Below are positions 1 to 12,622 of a stretch of 64,000 bases of DNA, piece by piece (position 1 is the first letter of the stretch; every line of letters starts with the position of its first letter). The notes below the pieces were generated by a model. The model ran no database searches and had not been told where the DNA came from. It was given only the letters and a program-made list of their open reading frames with translations. The DNA lies in the NCBI RefSeq assembly GCF_033153115.1, contig NW_026889794.1, forward strand, positions 2,170,001 through 2,234,000, in the 5' to 3' direction. This stretch comes from Saccostrea echinata. Lineage: Eukaryota. A program made the translations under genes and the position numbers.

Positions 1-178
1 TCTTCTTTAACAATAAGTTACATTTTGTATCTAAAAACCAAATATTTAAAAAAAAATTCTTGCTACTTTCATTTTCAAATAAAATTGTCAATCAATAAGA
101 TATTAAAAGTAATTCCTCTATTCTTTAGCCAATCAAGAAAAAAATTATTCTTATTCCTAAGAGGGAGATAATAGTTAC

Positions 179-3100
179 CTTAAACACAGTCTAAATAGAT
201 CATCTACAGTGTCAGGATGGTTTCTTAGACCATTGTGTTCTTCTAATAATTTAAATGTTGGCACACAGAAAGCCTGAAAGATTTGAAAATAATCCATTAA
301 CTACATGTAGGAATTATATATACACTCAGGTCTCTTGTCTTAAATTTTCTGAAACAGTCAGTAGTTAAGGTACATTTACATTAAATATATTAAAAAAAAT
401 TTGAAGGGTGTATTTAATTTCATATTGTCGTCAGTGTTGATTTTTAAATGTAATGTATAAGAAAGCTACAGATTTACTGCTTAGACAATGTTCATTACAG
501 AGCAAACCCCTTCCACAGTCATACTTGGTTTTGTATTTATAGATAGGGATTCAGAACATGTACTATATTTATACAGTGTACCTCTAACATGTGTAAAAGT
601 CCAGGCTGACAGGAAGCCTCCATTCCATATTCGTCCACTAAAATACTGCCCAGATACAGGAAACACGAGTGCTGATGGGCCTGGTATAATGTGACCATCT
701 GAAACATAAGACTACTATATATTCATTGTATACTTAAAATATACAATAATGTCCATTGTTTTTGCATTTTTTTCCCCTTAAAATTACATTTTCATTCAAA
801 GATGCCTTCAGCTTATATCATAAGTAAAGTGTTCAACATTTCAAAAATGTGTCTGATGTTCTACTACATGTAACACCAGAAAATACATGGTCAATTATAT
901 TATATATATACAGTTAAACATCATTGTCTAGAACATCCATATCTTGAATAGCATGGATATATCGTAGTGAGTTGAAAGACATAATGACTTTTTGTTTACG
1001 GACAGTGTATTTTAACTGCAACATCTCAAATTATTGGATATCTCAAAGTTGTTCTCTGTCCAACTGCCTTTGAGATAACATGGTTTTACTGTAGTTCTGC
1101 GTTTTTCACAATTATGAACTAAACCAAAATTTTTTTTCTCTGAAGATCCTGCAGATTATCACTTCTTTTTTCCCTGTGATGGTCACTTGCTTCCCTTACC
1201 TGACTAACGAGTGGGGTAAGTAGATCTGCTGACTGCCGTCCTAAACACCGGATTGCAAACCGAATACATCGACAGCACCTCTCGGTGATTCGGACATCCC
1301 CCTGATACTTATCACAAGCTTGAGAGAGAACTGGCCAAACCTGCTGAAAGAGGAAAATACACCCGTCAAAAATTATCTTACAGATAACATAATCACAGAA
1401 GAATTTATTACTCTGGGAAAAACTACACTTTATATTCAGAAGTACAGTACAGTAGGTCTTTCTGGGCAATTTAGTGATGAAAAGTCACTCAGCACAGGTT
1501 TCAAAAGGCATTGATTACACAGATACTATAAACATGATTTAATCTTTAATTAACACCTAAACTTATCTATACTAAATCATGGGATTTAACATTACATCAA
1601 GGTTCTATGACCAACTTAAATAACAAACCTCTTGTATAACTGGTTTACAGGGATGAACTTGACCATTTGATACTTTGGGATTCACATATCTAAAACAAAT
1701 TCAAAACACTGACAATCACTATATACACATGTATGTCTTAACAAACATAAGATCAATATCTCAAATTTTTGGTAAAAAAAAAAAAATCCATTGAAATGCA
1801 AATTAAGTGCAAAACGTGTTAAACTAAATGTATGTGAAAATGATCCCTATCACAATTTGAATGATAAATCATGACTTAGATGGAAAATGTGGCTCTTTAC
1901 CTGAAGATAGCTGCAAGACGATCTAGCCACTTTGTGGGATCGTGAGGGCTACCCTGTTTTGGATTATTAACTGGTTCTGCTATTAACTGAAAAATGTAAA
2001 ATTGTTTTATATGCCATCTGTAGGATACACACATGTATACCATGTAATTGTACGACGTTTTCTAAAAAAAAAATTATCATGATTTAGCTTAAATGGTAAA
2101 TTAATGTAGAAAGATAGGAAAAGAGAATTATCTTTATGTTGATGAAATAAATGTATATGTACAGTTAAACTTCGTTATCTCGAAGTTGACGGGACCGTTG
2201 ATGAACTTCGAGATATCCGGGGGTTCGACATATCGAGGGTTATAATTCAAATGAACTTCAAATAAACTTAGTGAAGTGAACATGTACTTCATAGTAAAAA
2301 CATGTCAAATTCCTTCTTGTTTGAAATTCTGTATACGATTTCTTTAATAAACATGTACATGTGTTTAGCAATAAAAAGATTTTTACATCCTCTTTATAAT
2401 CCATAAGATAAAAAAACTTTGTATAATATGCACATAAGTATGATCTTTCTACCAACGCGGCATGTCAACAGCTAGCATCGTTTCCCATGTATACGTAACC
2501 GGATATCGCCTATGCATTGTAAATTTAAAACCGGTCGCTGTCAGAATAACGAAAACGAAATATACATTTTCTTTTATAAGAAAAACATGTTCATACATGT
2601 ATAATCAGTTAAAAGAAAATTATTTTAACCATAATAAAATCAAATGCAAAAGAAAAATCACACACTTTTGTCTAACAACAGAACAACACTGAATCACAGG
2701 ACACTAGTTTTTACTGCGACACATGCTCACATGATGGTGTGTACGGACGATTGTAAATTCTGCACGCTCATATAGGAAAAATAAATTCTAATTGCATTAA
2801 ATTACAAGAATTTTGTTTTACTTCGATGTTTATGATTTTCACTTTCATATGTATAAACTATGTATGCCCGCATATTTCACATAGCATTAAATAGCGATTA
2901 TCAAGATAAACGTACCCAAGCCACATAACAACGTGTCATCCACGTGTCATCCACGCGTATGCATTAGACCAATACACACAACCTTGGCTTGCATAATTAA
3001 AATCAGGGTAAGCCATACATACACTTCATATAATTATCGCGCTATTATTTGTTGATCACAGGAACACAGGTAACCCGTGCGTGACAGACAGGTGGGTGTT

Positions 3101-6100
3101 ATCAATAGAGCGTCCAGTTTACCTAACGGACTTGATCATCAGTGCGGAAAATTATCCTGACTTCGAGATAACGCATGTGATTTTAATGAATGGGTACACA
3201 ACTTTACTTCGAGATAACCGGGGTATTCGACATTACTGTGTTCGACATAGAGGGGTTTATTTTAATCATTTATAAAGCAAATTTCGTCGGGACCGCGGCC
3301 TTACTTCGACATATCCGGGGTATTCGAGATATCCGTGTTCGAGATTTCGAAGTTTAGCTGTATATTGAAGTAAATGTCTTACTTTTGATAGAGGTAGTAA
3401 TTGAAATGTACATAGTTGTCGTAAACCATCTGCAATCTTATCATGTGGAAATTGTGCTAAAATTGTTGCTGTTCCTTCAAAGATGAAAGAAAGGTTTTTA
3501 TAAACAAAGTTAGGACACATCAGAAAATTGAATACCACTGTTAAATTAATTAGAGTTCATTTAAACAATGCATTATTTCATGTATATTTCGATTTTATTC
3601 CTAAACATATGCACTTATTCTTGCAAGAGGAGTAAATACAGTAAGCAGTTATAGCAAAGTTCTTGGGACCTGTGAATTTACTTATTAGATACATGTATTT
3701 CCCTAACTTGTTGTATCTGTATAATGAATTCTTTAAAACAAATATAAGTGAATTAGCAATATACACATTTTCTTTCAAATTTGACTACTATTTGAATAAA
3801 TTTTTTAGATCGTAAAAATTCACAAGAGATGTAAATTTCGTTATTTTTAACTTTATGTGACAAGAAATCAGTTCAATTTGTTATATCAGAGTTCGTTATA
3901 ACCATAAATTTAACAATGAATGTTGTTAAGAATTTTGCCAGGGGTCCCAAAAAACTTTGCTATATATCCATAAATTCACTATATCTGTGTTTGTACTATA
4001 TGGGTTTTACATGTATCTATTTCAGAAAAAAAATCACCTTTAAGAAGACCAATAGCAGCATCATTGGAGAGCTGGAAAGTTTCCAGAGCCGACACAATTT
4101 GCACCAAGCCCTGGAAATGGTTGACCATTTGTTCTCGACACGTTGTTGAAATGCTCTGTAATGAATTGGCTGCTGCTGTTGACAGAGTTTTTTCCTGCAG
4201 GCCAGCTAACAGAAATTGTAGAATGGGATCTGAAAAAACAACATTCCAATGAGCAATCATTTCCCTATGTATTGTCAATACATCATCTTTCAAATGGATT
4301 GTAAGCCTAAAAAAATCTTGTAAAAAGTATTCTACATGTAAATGTCCTAAGTTTGGAGTCCCTTGACCATATTAACATAGTCTGGAAACCTCAGAGGACT
4401 TCCTGAAACACCTTTTTATATTCTACTGTAGCACACATAGATATGTTGAACAGTGCTTCAAGTTATGAGAAGTAAAAAGTTTACCTAGGAATTCTGGATG
4501 TTTTTCTGCCCATTCGCACAGCTCTCCAAACAGTTTGATACTTGTGTACCTTATGGCCAGGTGAGCTGTATGGGGCATGGACAGAACAGCTTTTACAACC
4601 TGTGGTACAATGTCATTTTCATCCCTAAAAAATGTATACAGACAATATTTAATACCTTGTGAAATAAATGCATGATTATACATACCGTATACCATAAATT
4701 AAAAAAAACATACAGAAGTTAAAGTAGATGACACATTTGCACTTGCTAAGTTAATGATAGTTTAACTGTAATTTTGATTAATCATATCCATTCAGTTCAC
4801 AATATCTTTAAAACCACAGGGAATAAAAATCACTTTGCTATAAGTGTGAATTCATTACATATATAAGCATTTTTGCTGTGTGTGTGTTTTTCTGTATTAT
4901 CTGGTTTGTCATTACTTAAAATCATTCCCTGTCCTCATAGCATACGGTCATTATTTACTGAGATTTGTCATTACTTACTGAGATTTGTTGTTACTTACTG
5001 AGATTTGTCATTGCTTACTGAGATTTGTCATTACTTACTTAGATTTGTCATTACTCACTGAGATTCGTCATTACTCACTGAGATTTGTCATTACTCACTG
5101 AGATTTGTCATTGTTTACTGAGATTTGTCATTGCTTACTGAGATTTGTCATTACTCACTGAGATTTGTCATTGCTTACTGAGATTTGTCATTACTCACTG
5201 AGATTTGTCATTACTTACTGAGATTTGTCATTACTCACTGAAATTTGTCATTGCTTACTGAGATTTGTCATTACTTACTGAGATTTGTCATTACTCACTG
5301 AGATTCGTCATTACTCACTGAGATTTGTCATTGCTTACTGAGATTTGTCATTACTCACTGAGATTTGTCATTACTTACTGAGATTTGTCGTTACTTACTG
5401 AGATTTGTCATTACTTACTGAGATTTGTCATTACTTTAATGAGGTTTGTCATAACTTACTGAGATTTGTCATTACTCACTGAGATTTGTTTTTACTTACT
5501 GAGATTTGTCATTACTTACTGAGATTTGCCATTACTTACTGAGATTTGTCATTACTTACAGAGATTTGTCATTACTTACTGAGATTTTTCATAACTTACT
5601 GAGATTTGTCATTACTCATTGAGATTTGTTTTTACTTACCGAGAATTGTCATTACTCAGAGATTCTTCGTTACTTACTGAGATTTGTCATTACTCACTGA
5701 GATTTATTGTTACTTACTGAGATTTGTTTTTACTTACTGAGATTTGTCATTACTCATTGAGATTTGTTGTTACTTACTGAGATTTGTTGTTACTTACTGA
5801 GATTTTTCATTACTCATTGAGATTTGTTGTTACTTACTGAGATTTGTCATTACTAATTCAGATTTCTCTTTACTCACTGAGATTTGTTGTTACTTACTGA
5901 GATCTGTCATTACTCACACTTAGATTTGTCATTACTCACACTTAGATTTGTCATTACTCATTGAGATTTGTTGTTACTTACTGAGATTTGTCATTACTTA
6001 CTGAGATTTGTCATTACTTACTGAAATTTGTCGTTACTTACGGTAAGAGATTTTTGGCCACAGCTGTCATAACAAACAAGGAAGCTTCTATCACGTCCCA

Positions 6101-9100
6101 TGATGTATTCTCAGTCTGATTTTTAATATTCTCAAACATCTATCAAAATAAAAATTACAATACAAGTCCAATACATGATAGACATTTTCATTTCTTATTT
6201 TCAAAAGTACTTCTTTCAAATCATTCATATTGGAGATTACCTATGCATTAAAATTTCATTGCTGAAAGTCATTGAAATATATTTACATTTCCAATAAATT
6301 TCCCCTATGATTCTTTACAAAATAGAATACAGTTCATTTTCTCATGAACTACCATGAATGAGCATGAATATCTCCATTGTTACGTCATAATACCTTGCTT
6401 GACGTCAAAACTATAGTGCAGACTGTTTTGCTTTAAAAATGACAGTTGAATGGTGTTATTTGTGGCAAATCATCAGAAAAATAATGTAAATATAAGAAAT
6501 GAATTTCATTTTTGAAAATTCATGAGGTACATGAACTACAACGCTTCACGCCGGCATATTTACCATGAATGAGCATGAATATCTCCATTGTTACGTCATA
6601 ATACCTTGCTTGACGTCAAAACTATAGTGCAGACTGTTTTGCTTTAAAAATGACAGTTGAATGGTGTTATTTGTGGCAAATCATCAGAAAAATAATGTAA
6701 ATATAAGAAATGAATTTCATTTTTGAAAATTCATGAGGTACATGAACTACAACGCTTCACGCCGGCATATTTATCATGAAGCGCTAACGCGCTTCATGAA
6801 ATATGCCGGCGTGAAGCGTCGTAGTTCATGTCCTCATGAATCTTCAAAAATGAAATTCATTTCTTAAATGAACTAGTAGTAAAGCTTTCTAGTACTGGTG
6901 CCAAATAAAGTTTCTGAAAGGTTATATGCCAGCTTTGGCTACTATTGTACCACAGAATACTTTTATAAATGATAACTAACCTGAGTAAAACATTGTGAAG
7001 ATCCAACAATAAATACAACATCTTTGATTAATTCTGAAACTCTTAATCGAAATTCTCCAAAATCATCATTCTCATCAGGTATCCCTTCCTGCAAAACAGA
7101 GATTTCCTGTATTACTCAAGAGAACTGTATCACTGAAGATAACTTTTAATTTATAATTAATAGCAAAATGCAAAGGGATGCTCAATTGCTGCATAATTGA
7201 CATAATACATGAACAACATACTGTAAAATTGACTTGATACAAGAAAATTTAAATGAGAATCAATTTTCGCAGTAGCCAATTTAAATATGATATTTGTCAT
7301 ACGTACATGGTCTGGTTCAATTTGACAGTGCCGACAAAGTGCTACGATTAATCTCTGTATATAGGGTTTAAATACATCCGTGATCTCTTGTACACTTCTT
7401 TGATATAATTCCTCTGACAGTCTGTACCAAAAATTAAATGAGATTTCTCCAACCTAAAGAATAATCCAACATACATGTAAATTCAGCAGCTACAATCAAG
7501 GATATTTTTCACTTAAAATCATCATCACATTTTAAATACAGACATGTCTTATTCCCAAGTACTTTAGATATCAAAAAGAGAATTTAAACAGACTTTGTGT
7601 TCTTTCCAATCATAAGACTTAACTGAAAATATTTACAAAATTATTTTCAAGGACGTAAAAAATTGGTCATTATTCGGTTTAAAAGTAATAGTGAAATATT
7701 ATAGAGTTTATCATATGGAATCTTACCTCATATAAATGATGTCCAACACAGGTTAAAAGAAGTTCAAGTACACTTAGATCTCCAAGTCCCTGAAAAACAT
7801 TTACATTTAAAAATTTACCTACCATGAAATTACGTAAATAAATTAAGTTTATAGTCTGTGAATTCTTATAGAATTGTAACAGGAAGATAATTCATAACAT
7901 TGTTCACTTAAACCCTCAAAAAGTTAAGCTTTGACTTTGTGAAATTCTGAAAGACTGATATCAACCTACATGATTTGGAGTGGAAACCATTGGTTCCAAA
8001 AATGTCTCTGCCAGCTCTGTGAACACTCTACAGTAATTCATAGATCTAAAAATATAATAAATATCAACACTTAATTACACTTTCAACCCTTAAACAAGGA
8101 TTCCTAAAGCTACATAAAATTGAAATGACAGTTCTCAGGCCCGCACACATCTGTTTTGAGGTAGCCGCATTCCATATTTTATCGTATTTTTGATAAGATA
8201 AAAAGTTGGTATTGCAGAGACCAATCCGAAAAAAAAGTTCCGCCCTCGTTTTCTCATAGTTTAGTACTCGAATATTGCTTCCAGTAGCCATTTTCAAAGA
8301 GAACTTGGCTTCTTCATTTAAAAATACACTTGAAGATAACGCCTACGATGTTCACACATTGATAAACAATGGATAATGCAAACCAATTGATCAGACATGG
8401 AAAGTATATCATGAACAAAGAATTTTTATCATAATTGTATAGGAAATTCAGGTATAAAAAATACCTCCCTCATCTACTTTATCGCCAATAAATGATTAAA
8501 AAAAAGCCTCCCACCCACATCTGTTTTGGAGAAAATTGGCCTGAGAACCAGAGAATTAAATTTATGTAGCCTAAACCTCCATATTATAGTATTTAATATA
8601 CAATTTTAAATTATTTCAATAAATAGTTTCACTAAAATGACATGCATAACATTCTCTGGCAAAAAAGTAAAATGTTTACAACAATACTCTAAGCTACTTG
8701 AATAATACCAAGTTTTATTCACTTTTTGGATCTATTTCAGGAATGACATGCTTATCTGTATCCTATTTCAGGAGTGACCTACTTATCTGTATCCTCTGTG
8801 GCTACTGACATGTGATAGGGTTCCATGAGAGTGACCACTCCTTGATACAACTTCTGGGACAACTGTAACTGTTCCTGGTGAAAAATAAGGGAAAAAATGT
8901 GTCAAAGGAATTTTACTATTACTTTATAAACTACTTGTACTTTAGTCTCAGGAAGGATAAAACACACACAAAATATCAAATTATCATCAAATACAAACAA
9001 AAACAAATCTGATACATAAAAGTTTTCATAACAGCTAGCGTATTTTTTCTTACAACTGTGGATAATCAGACTAATTCTTACCTGACAGTTGTAACAGGAA

Positions 9101-12085
9101 TACAGAGCAGAAACGATGCAGTCAGCAGCGGCTTCATGGAGCATATTGGGACAGCTAGTGTTGGCCTACAAACATATAGTGTCAGTAACTAATAATGTCT
9201 TTACTTTCTAGCTGCATTGTAAGTCAACTTCTTAAGGAAAAAGAGCTAGAAAATTTTAATGATAATAACACAAACCCACATACCATTGCATGAAAAGGTG
9301 CTGTCAGCAGTTTGCTGTTCACAATATCTGGTTCAGGAACAACATTAAGACTGAACCAACTACCGAGACACCGGAAAACCCGAATCTGGTTCTTCTCATC
9401 ACAAGTTGTGTCTTCAATCACAGCTGTCTGTAAAACACAAAGACCAGCTTAACATTTTCTTTCTTTTTTTGAATTGGGAAAGAGGGAGTGGCTGACAGAG
9501 AGAATATACATGTAAGAATGCTAGATTTTAGAAATATTGGGTTTTTTTAACATCTTCTAAAATTCTTGAAGGTAAAAATATGTAGTTTTTATGCTAATTT
9601 TGATACAAATTACAATGTACTTCACACAGCGCTTTATGAAAATTAATCAAAGACAATGTGCAATACTGTATCTTGCAATTACCAAGATTATGTACTATAG
9701 AGGATAATCTAAGATCTTACCAACAATTGTAGCATCATGGGTGATGCCTTGAGTAATTCTTTAGTTATCTCTTCTCTTCTATTTGCACCCAGCCTTAATG
9801 ATCTGCTGTTTACCTAAAGAGGGAAAAAAATAAAGGTGATTCAAGCATGTCTGCATTCAATCTACTGCCTTTGAAAATAAAAAAAAAGGTTTTTTTGCTT
9901 GTAACGACTGCAGAAGGTTATATAGAAGAAGACTTCAGTGAACAGTGCTATAGGATATGCATGTCTCAGCAGTTGAAAATTGTCTGGACAGCATTCCTCC
10001 TCGTGTAGATGTAAAGGTTACCAGTCAACAGGAGACATCAAAGGACCTTACCTCTTCTGGTAACACAGTAAGAACCTCTAACAAAAATGGAAGCTGGTGT
10101 TGGTTACTGCCGAATCTGTTAAATATTAATTGCTGAATTAGTACATGTTTATATATAATTGGGATAAAAAAAAGATCCTTAAGTTAAAGTCACAATGAAA
10201 ATGGTTACAAGAAGAGGTACAAGTATTTAAACAGATTCCTTGTAGTAGAGTAAGTGGGGGGTTTTTATCCTTGCAAAAGTGATAATAAAAAAAAATAATG
10301 AAATCCTACTTATGAATAAGGTCTAATGCAGCATCTTTCCAGGAAGCCATTTGTAGAGCAAGATCAGCCAAGGCCAAACTCAACTAAATGGGAAAAAAAG
10401 AAGCATATATAAGTCTGATGCTTGTATACTGATAAGTCAAGTTTTCCAAAGGAAATTAAAATGAAAGCAATGTTTCTAAAATGTTGAAATGCCTACCTGA
10501 GTTACAATAACTGGCTGTGTTTCAGCATTAATTTTTCCAGCATGTTCTATCAAGGAATCTCTCAAAGACTGTCAAATAGAGGTAAGAAAGTGCAGAGTTG
10601 TTTTGGGTTTTTTGTATCAACATACACAAAGGTATTTAGATCATGAACTTTTTATTGTAAGTTGTAAGCATATAAATGTCTACATCATACTCAAAAGAGA
10701 AATGTATTAAGTTTATGTAGACAGCTTCATGACCAAAATCATCCTAATATCGTCAGGGGTCCTGAGTCCACTTGTGTCTATTGGACCCCTGACAAATTTC
10801 ATTCAATATTCTATAGGCTTGCTTCTCTCATTGAGAAGCACCAATAATATCTAGGCTTTCATAAGTTGATATAAAATGTATTAACAGAAAGTAAGCAGTT
10901 GACATCTCAATGCACGTTACAGGTGGTTTGTCACCAAAAGGTTTAATGTGAGTGGTTGAGAGATAAGAAAAACAATCAAGATTTGAAATTTCCCCAAAAG
11001 ACATTGCTGCAGTCAGCCTGTATAATATCGAATGAAACTTGTCAGGAGTAGACTCAGGACCCCTGATGTTGTGACACTGGGGATGGACCAACATCTATGA
11101 GCTTAATCAGTATAACTTATAACATCTAGAGACAAAACCAACTCAGTAAAAATTATTCTCATTCATAACTAAATAATCTTGGGGGTACTGAGAATAATAC
11201 TAGGTCAACTATATATTTATAGCTCTGTAGAAATAGTACATGTTCTAAGACTTACATTGTGGGAAGCTGGGGGAAGCTCATGGAAGGCGTACTGGATCTT
11301 AAAAAAACAAGGAAACATACATAACAAACCTGGTCACAAATTGAAAATAAAACTTTTAATATCATAACTTTCTATGTATATTTACTTTAAATTAAATTTA
11401 TTTGCAACTTCACAAAAATAAACAGCTTTTTAGAGGAATAATAGGCTCTGTTACTAAACACAGGCTTCCCCAAAGTTCAAAGAATAATCATTATAGCATA
11501 TGATCTCACCGTCTACATTGTGCATGACCTTTACCTTTCAATGTACAGGTGCAGAATCTAATTCAAGTTGCATAGAATGGAAAGATTACGTGTAATCATT
11601 TACAGAATTGCTGCTGTGCTCATCCTAGCAATTACACCATGCTATATATATTAATTTTACCTTTGTTCTCATTGTTTGGGCAGCAAAGTAGCATGATTCC
11701 ATACTTTGATGTAACCTCAAGAGTTGATCTGCTATCTGCCATGCATAAACCTGAAGCAAAAAAAAATGACAGCAAATAGAAACATATTTACATTACAAAA
11801 AAATATGTCAAAATCAACAAATGAATGGAGACAATCCACAAAACGTAAATACAATAACTATCTTTGATCAAATGGAAAACATGGATCTCCCTAACACAAT
11901 GCGTCACGTTTCCTACATCATCTCTATACACATAGAATAAACTAATCTATTTTAGTATGGTGACTTACTGATCTTTGCAGCTCCCCAAGCCATACCGAGG
12001 CCTTCTCTTTGCCGCTTACGTCTGGATTATTGTACAAAGCATGAAGAGCCTGTCCAACCGTCTCCAACGACGGTTCACTGTCCAT
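179..12085 (-). CDS. TNPO3: Transportin-3 (importin-beta family, SR-protein import receptor); 3' end outside window
   Basis: Exons (transcript order): 12085-11969, 11750-11661, 11297-11256, 10568-10497, 10383-10310, 10115-10052, 9813-9721, 9427-9284, 9165-9082, 8874-8783, 8045-7970, 7789-7727, 7453-7307, 7088-6981, 6139-6042, 4624-4485, 4229-4038, 3474-3383, 1986-1901, 1689-1629, 1340-1200, 698-582, 273-179. All are GT-AG and in phase. Translation [50 protein letters not shown]...[21 protein letters not shown]...[12 protein letters not shown]...[18 protein letters not shown]...[12 protein letters not shown] matches TNPO3 motifs. Confidence 0.97.
2162..3360. mobile_element. Non-autonomous Tc1/mariner-pogo-like element (MITE)
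   Basis: TA|CAGTTAAACTTCG ... CGAAGTTTAGCTG|TA termini with repeated TTCGAGATATC subterminal motifs. Confidence 0.8.
4945..6041. repeat. 20-bp minisatellite (AGATTTGTCATTACTTACTG)n, ~55 copies, in a TNPO3 intron
   Basis: Directly visible tandem array; abuts the donor of exon 6139-6042. Confidence 0.97.
6350..6866. repeat. 211-bp tandem duplication ending in a ~160-bp palindrome (non-autonomous TE-like)
   Basis: 6350-6560 appears identical to 6561-6771; inverted repeat 6704-6866 centred on GAAGCGCTAACGCGCTTC. Confidence 0.85.
8109..8574. mobile_element. MITE with terminal inverted repeats (Harbinger/Zator-like ends)
   Basis: TAAAGCTACATAAAATT...GTTCTCAGGCC versus GGCCTGAGAAC...AATTTATGTAGCCTAA. 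Confidence 0.6.
10748..11070. mobile_element. Small inverted-repeat element
   Basis: TCAGGGGTCCTGAGTC ... GACTCAGGACCCCTGA inverted ends; a related sequence lies at ~32950-33290. Confidence 0.55.
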
Positions 12086-12622
12086 GTTGAAGAGTTACAG
12101 ATAGTCTTAATGCTTCAGAAAGATGGATATATACATTAAATTAGGTACTCGTGTTTCTCTGGCAGAAACCTGCCGGAAGTTGGTCTTTGTATAGCAGGTC
12201 CGCACTGAATCTCACACCTAAAAGTGAAAATAATATACAGGGATACATAATCAGCCATTTATAATCACTTATTGAGGGGGGAGATTAAGATTAACTAGTG
12301 ATATTGAAATATTCTCAATCATTTCCTGTAATATTTTCAAAAATATGATTTTGCACAAGTAGAGTAATCAATCCATCAAATATTCGTGTCTAAATATTTT
12401 GTGCAATTGTCCTTAGAACTAAAATGAATTATGTTTGTTTAACTTTTAAAAATATGTTCTCAATTGATCTCTTGCTGTTTTTGCTAATTTCGTGATTCTA
12501 CATCATTGATTTTACAAATACGAACTACTTATGTACAAGTTGTCAAAAATTTGTAAAAGTGAAAGTAGAAATTCGAGATGTCCTCACGGTCTTGTGACAA
12601 TCATTTCTTTTAAGTTGCTGTC
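12086..12622. promoter_or_regulatory. Putative bidirectional promoter TNPO3/WASHC3
   Basis: Start codons diverge 537 bp apart; ETS/GABP-type CCGGAAGT at ~12173-12180. Confidence 0.6.
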
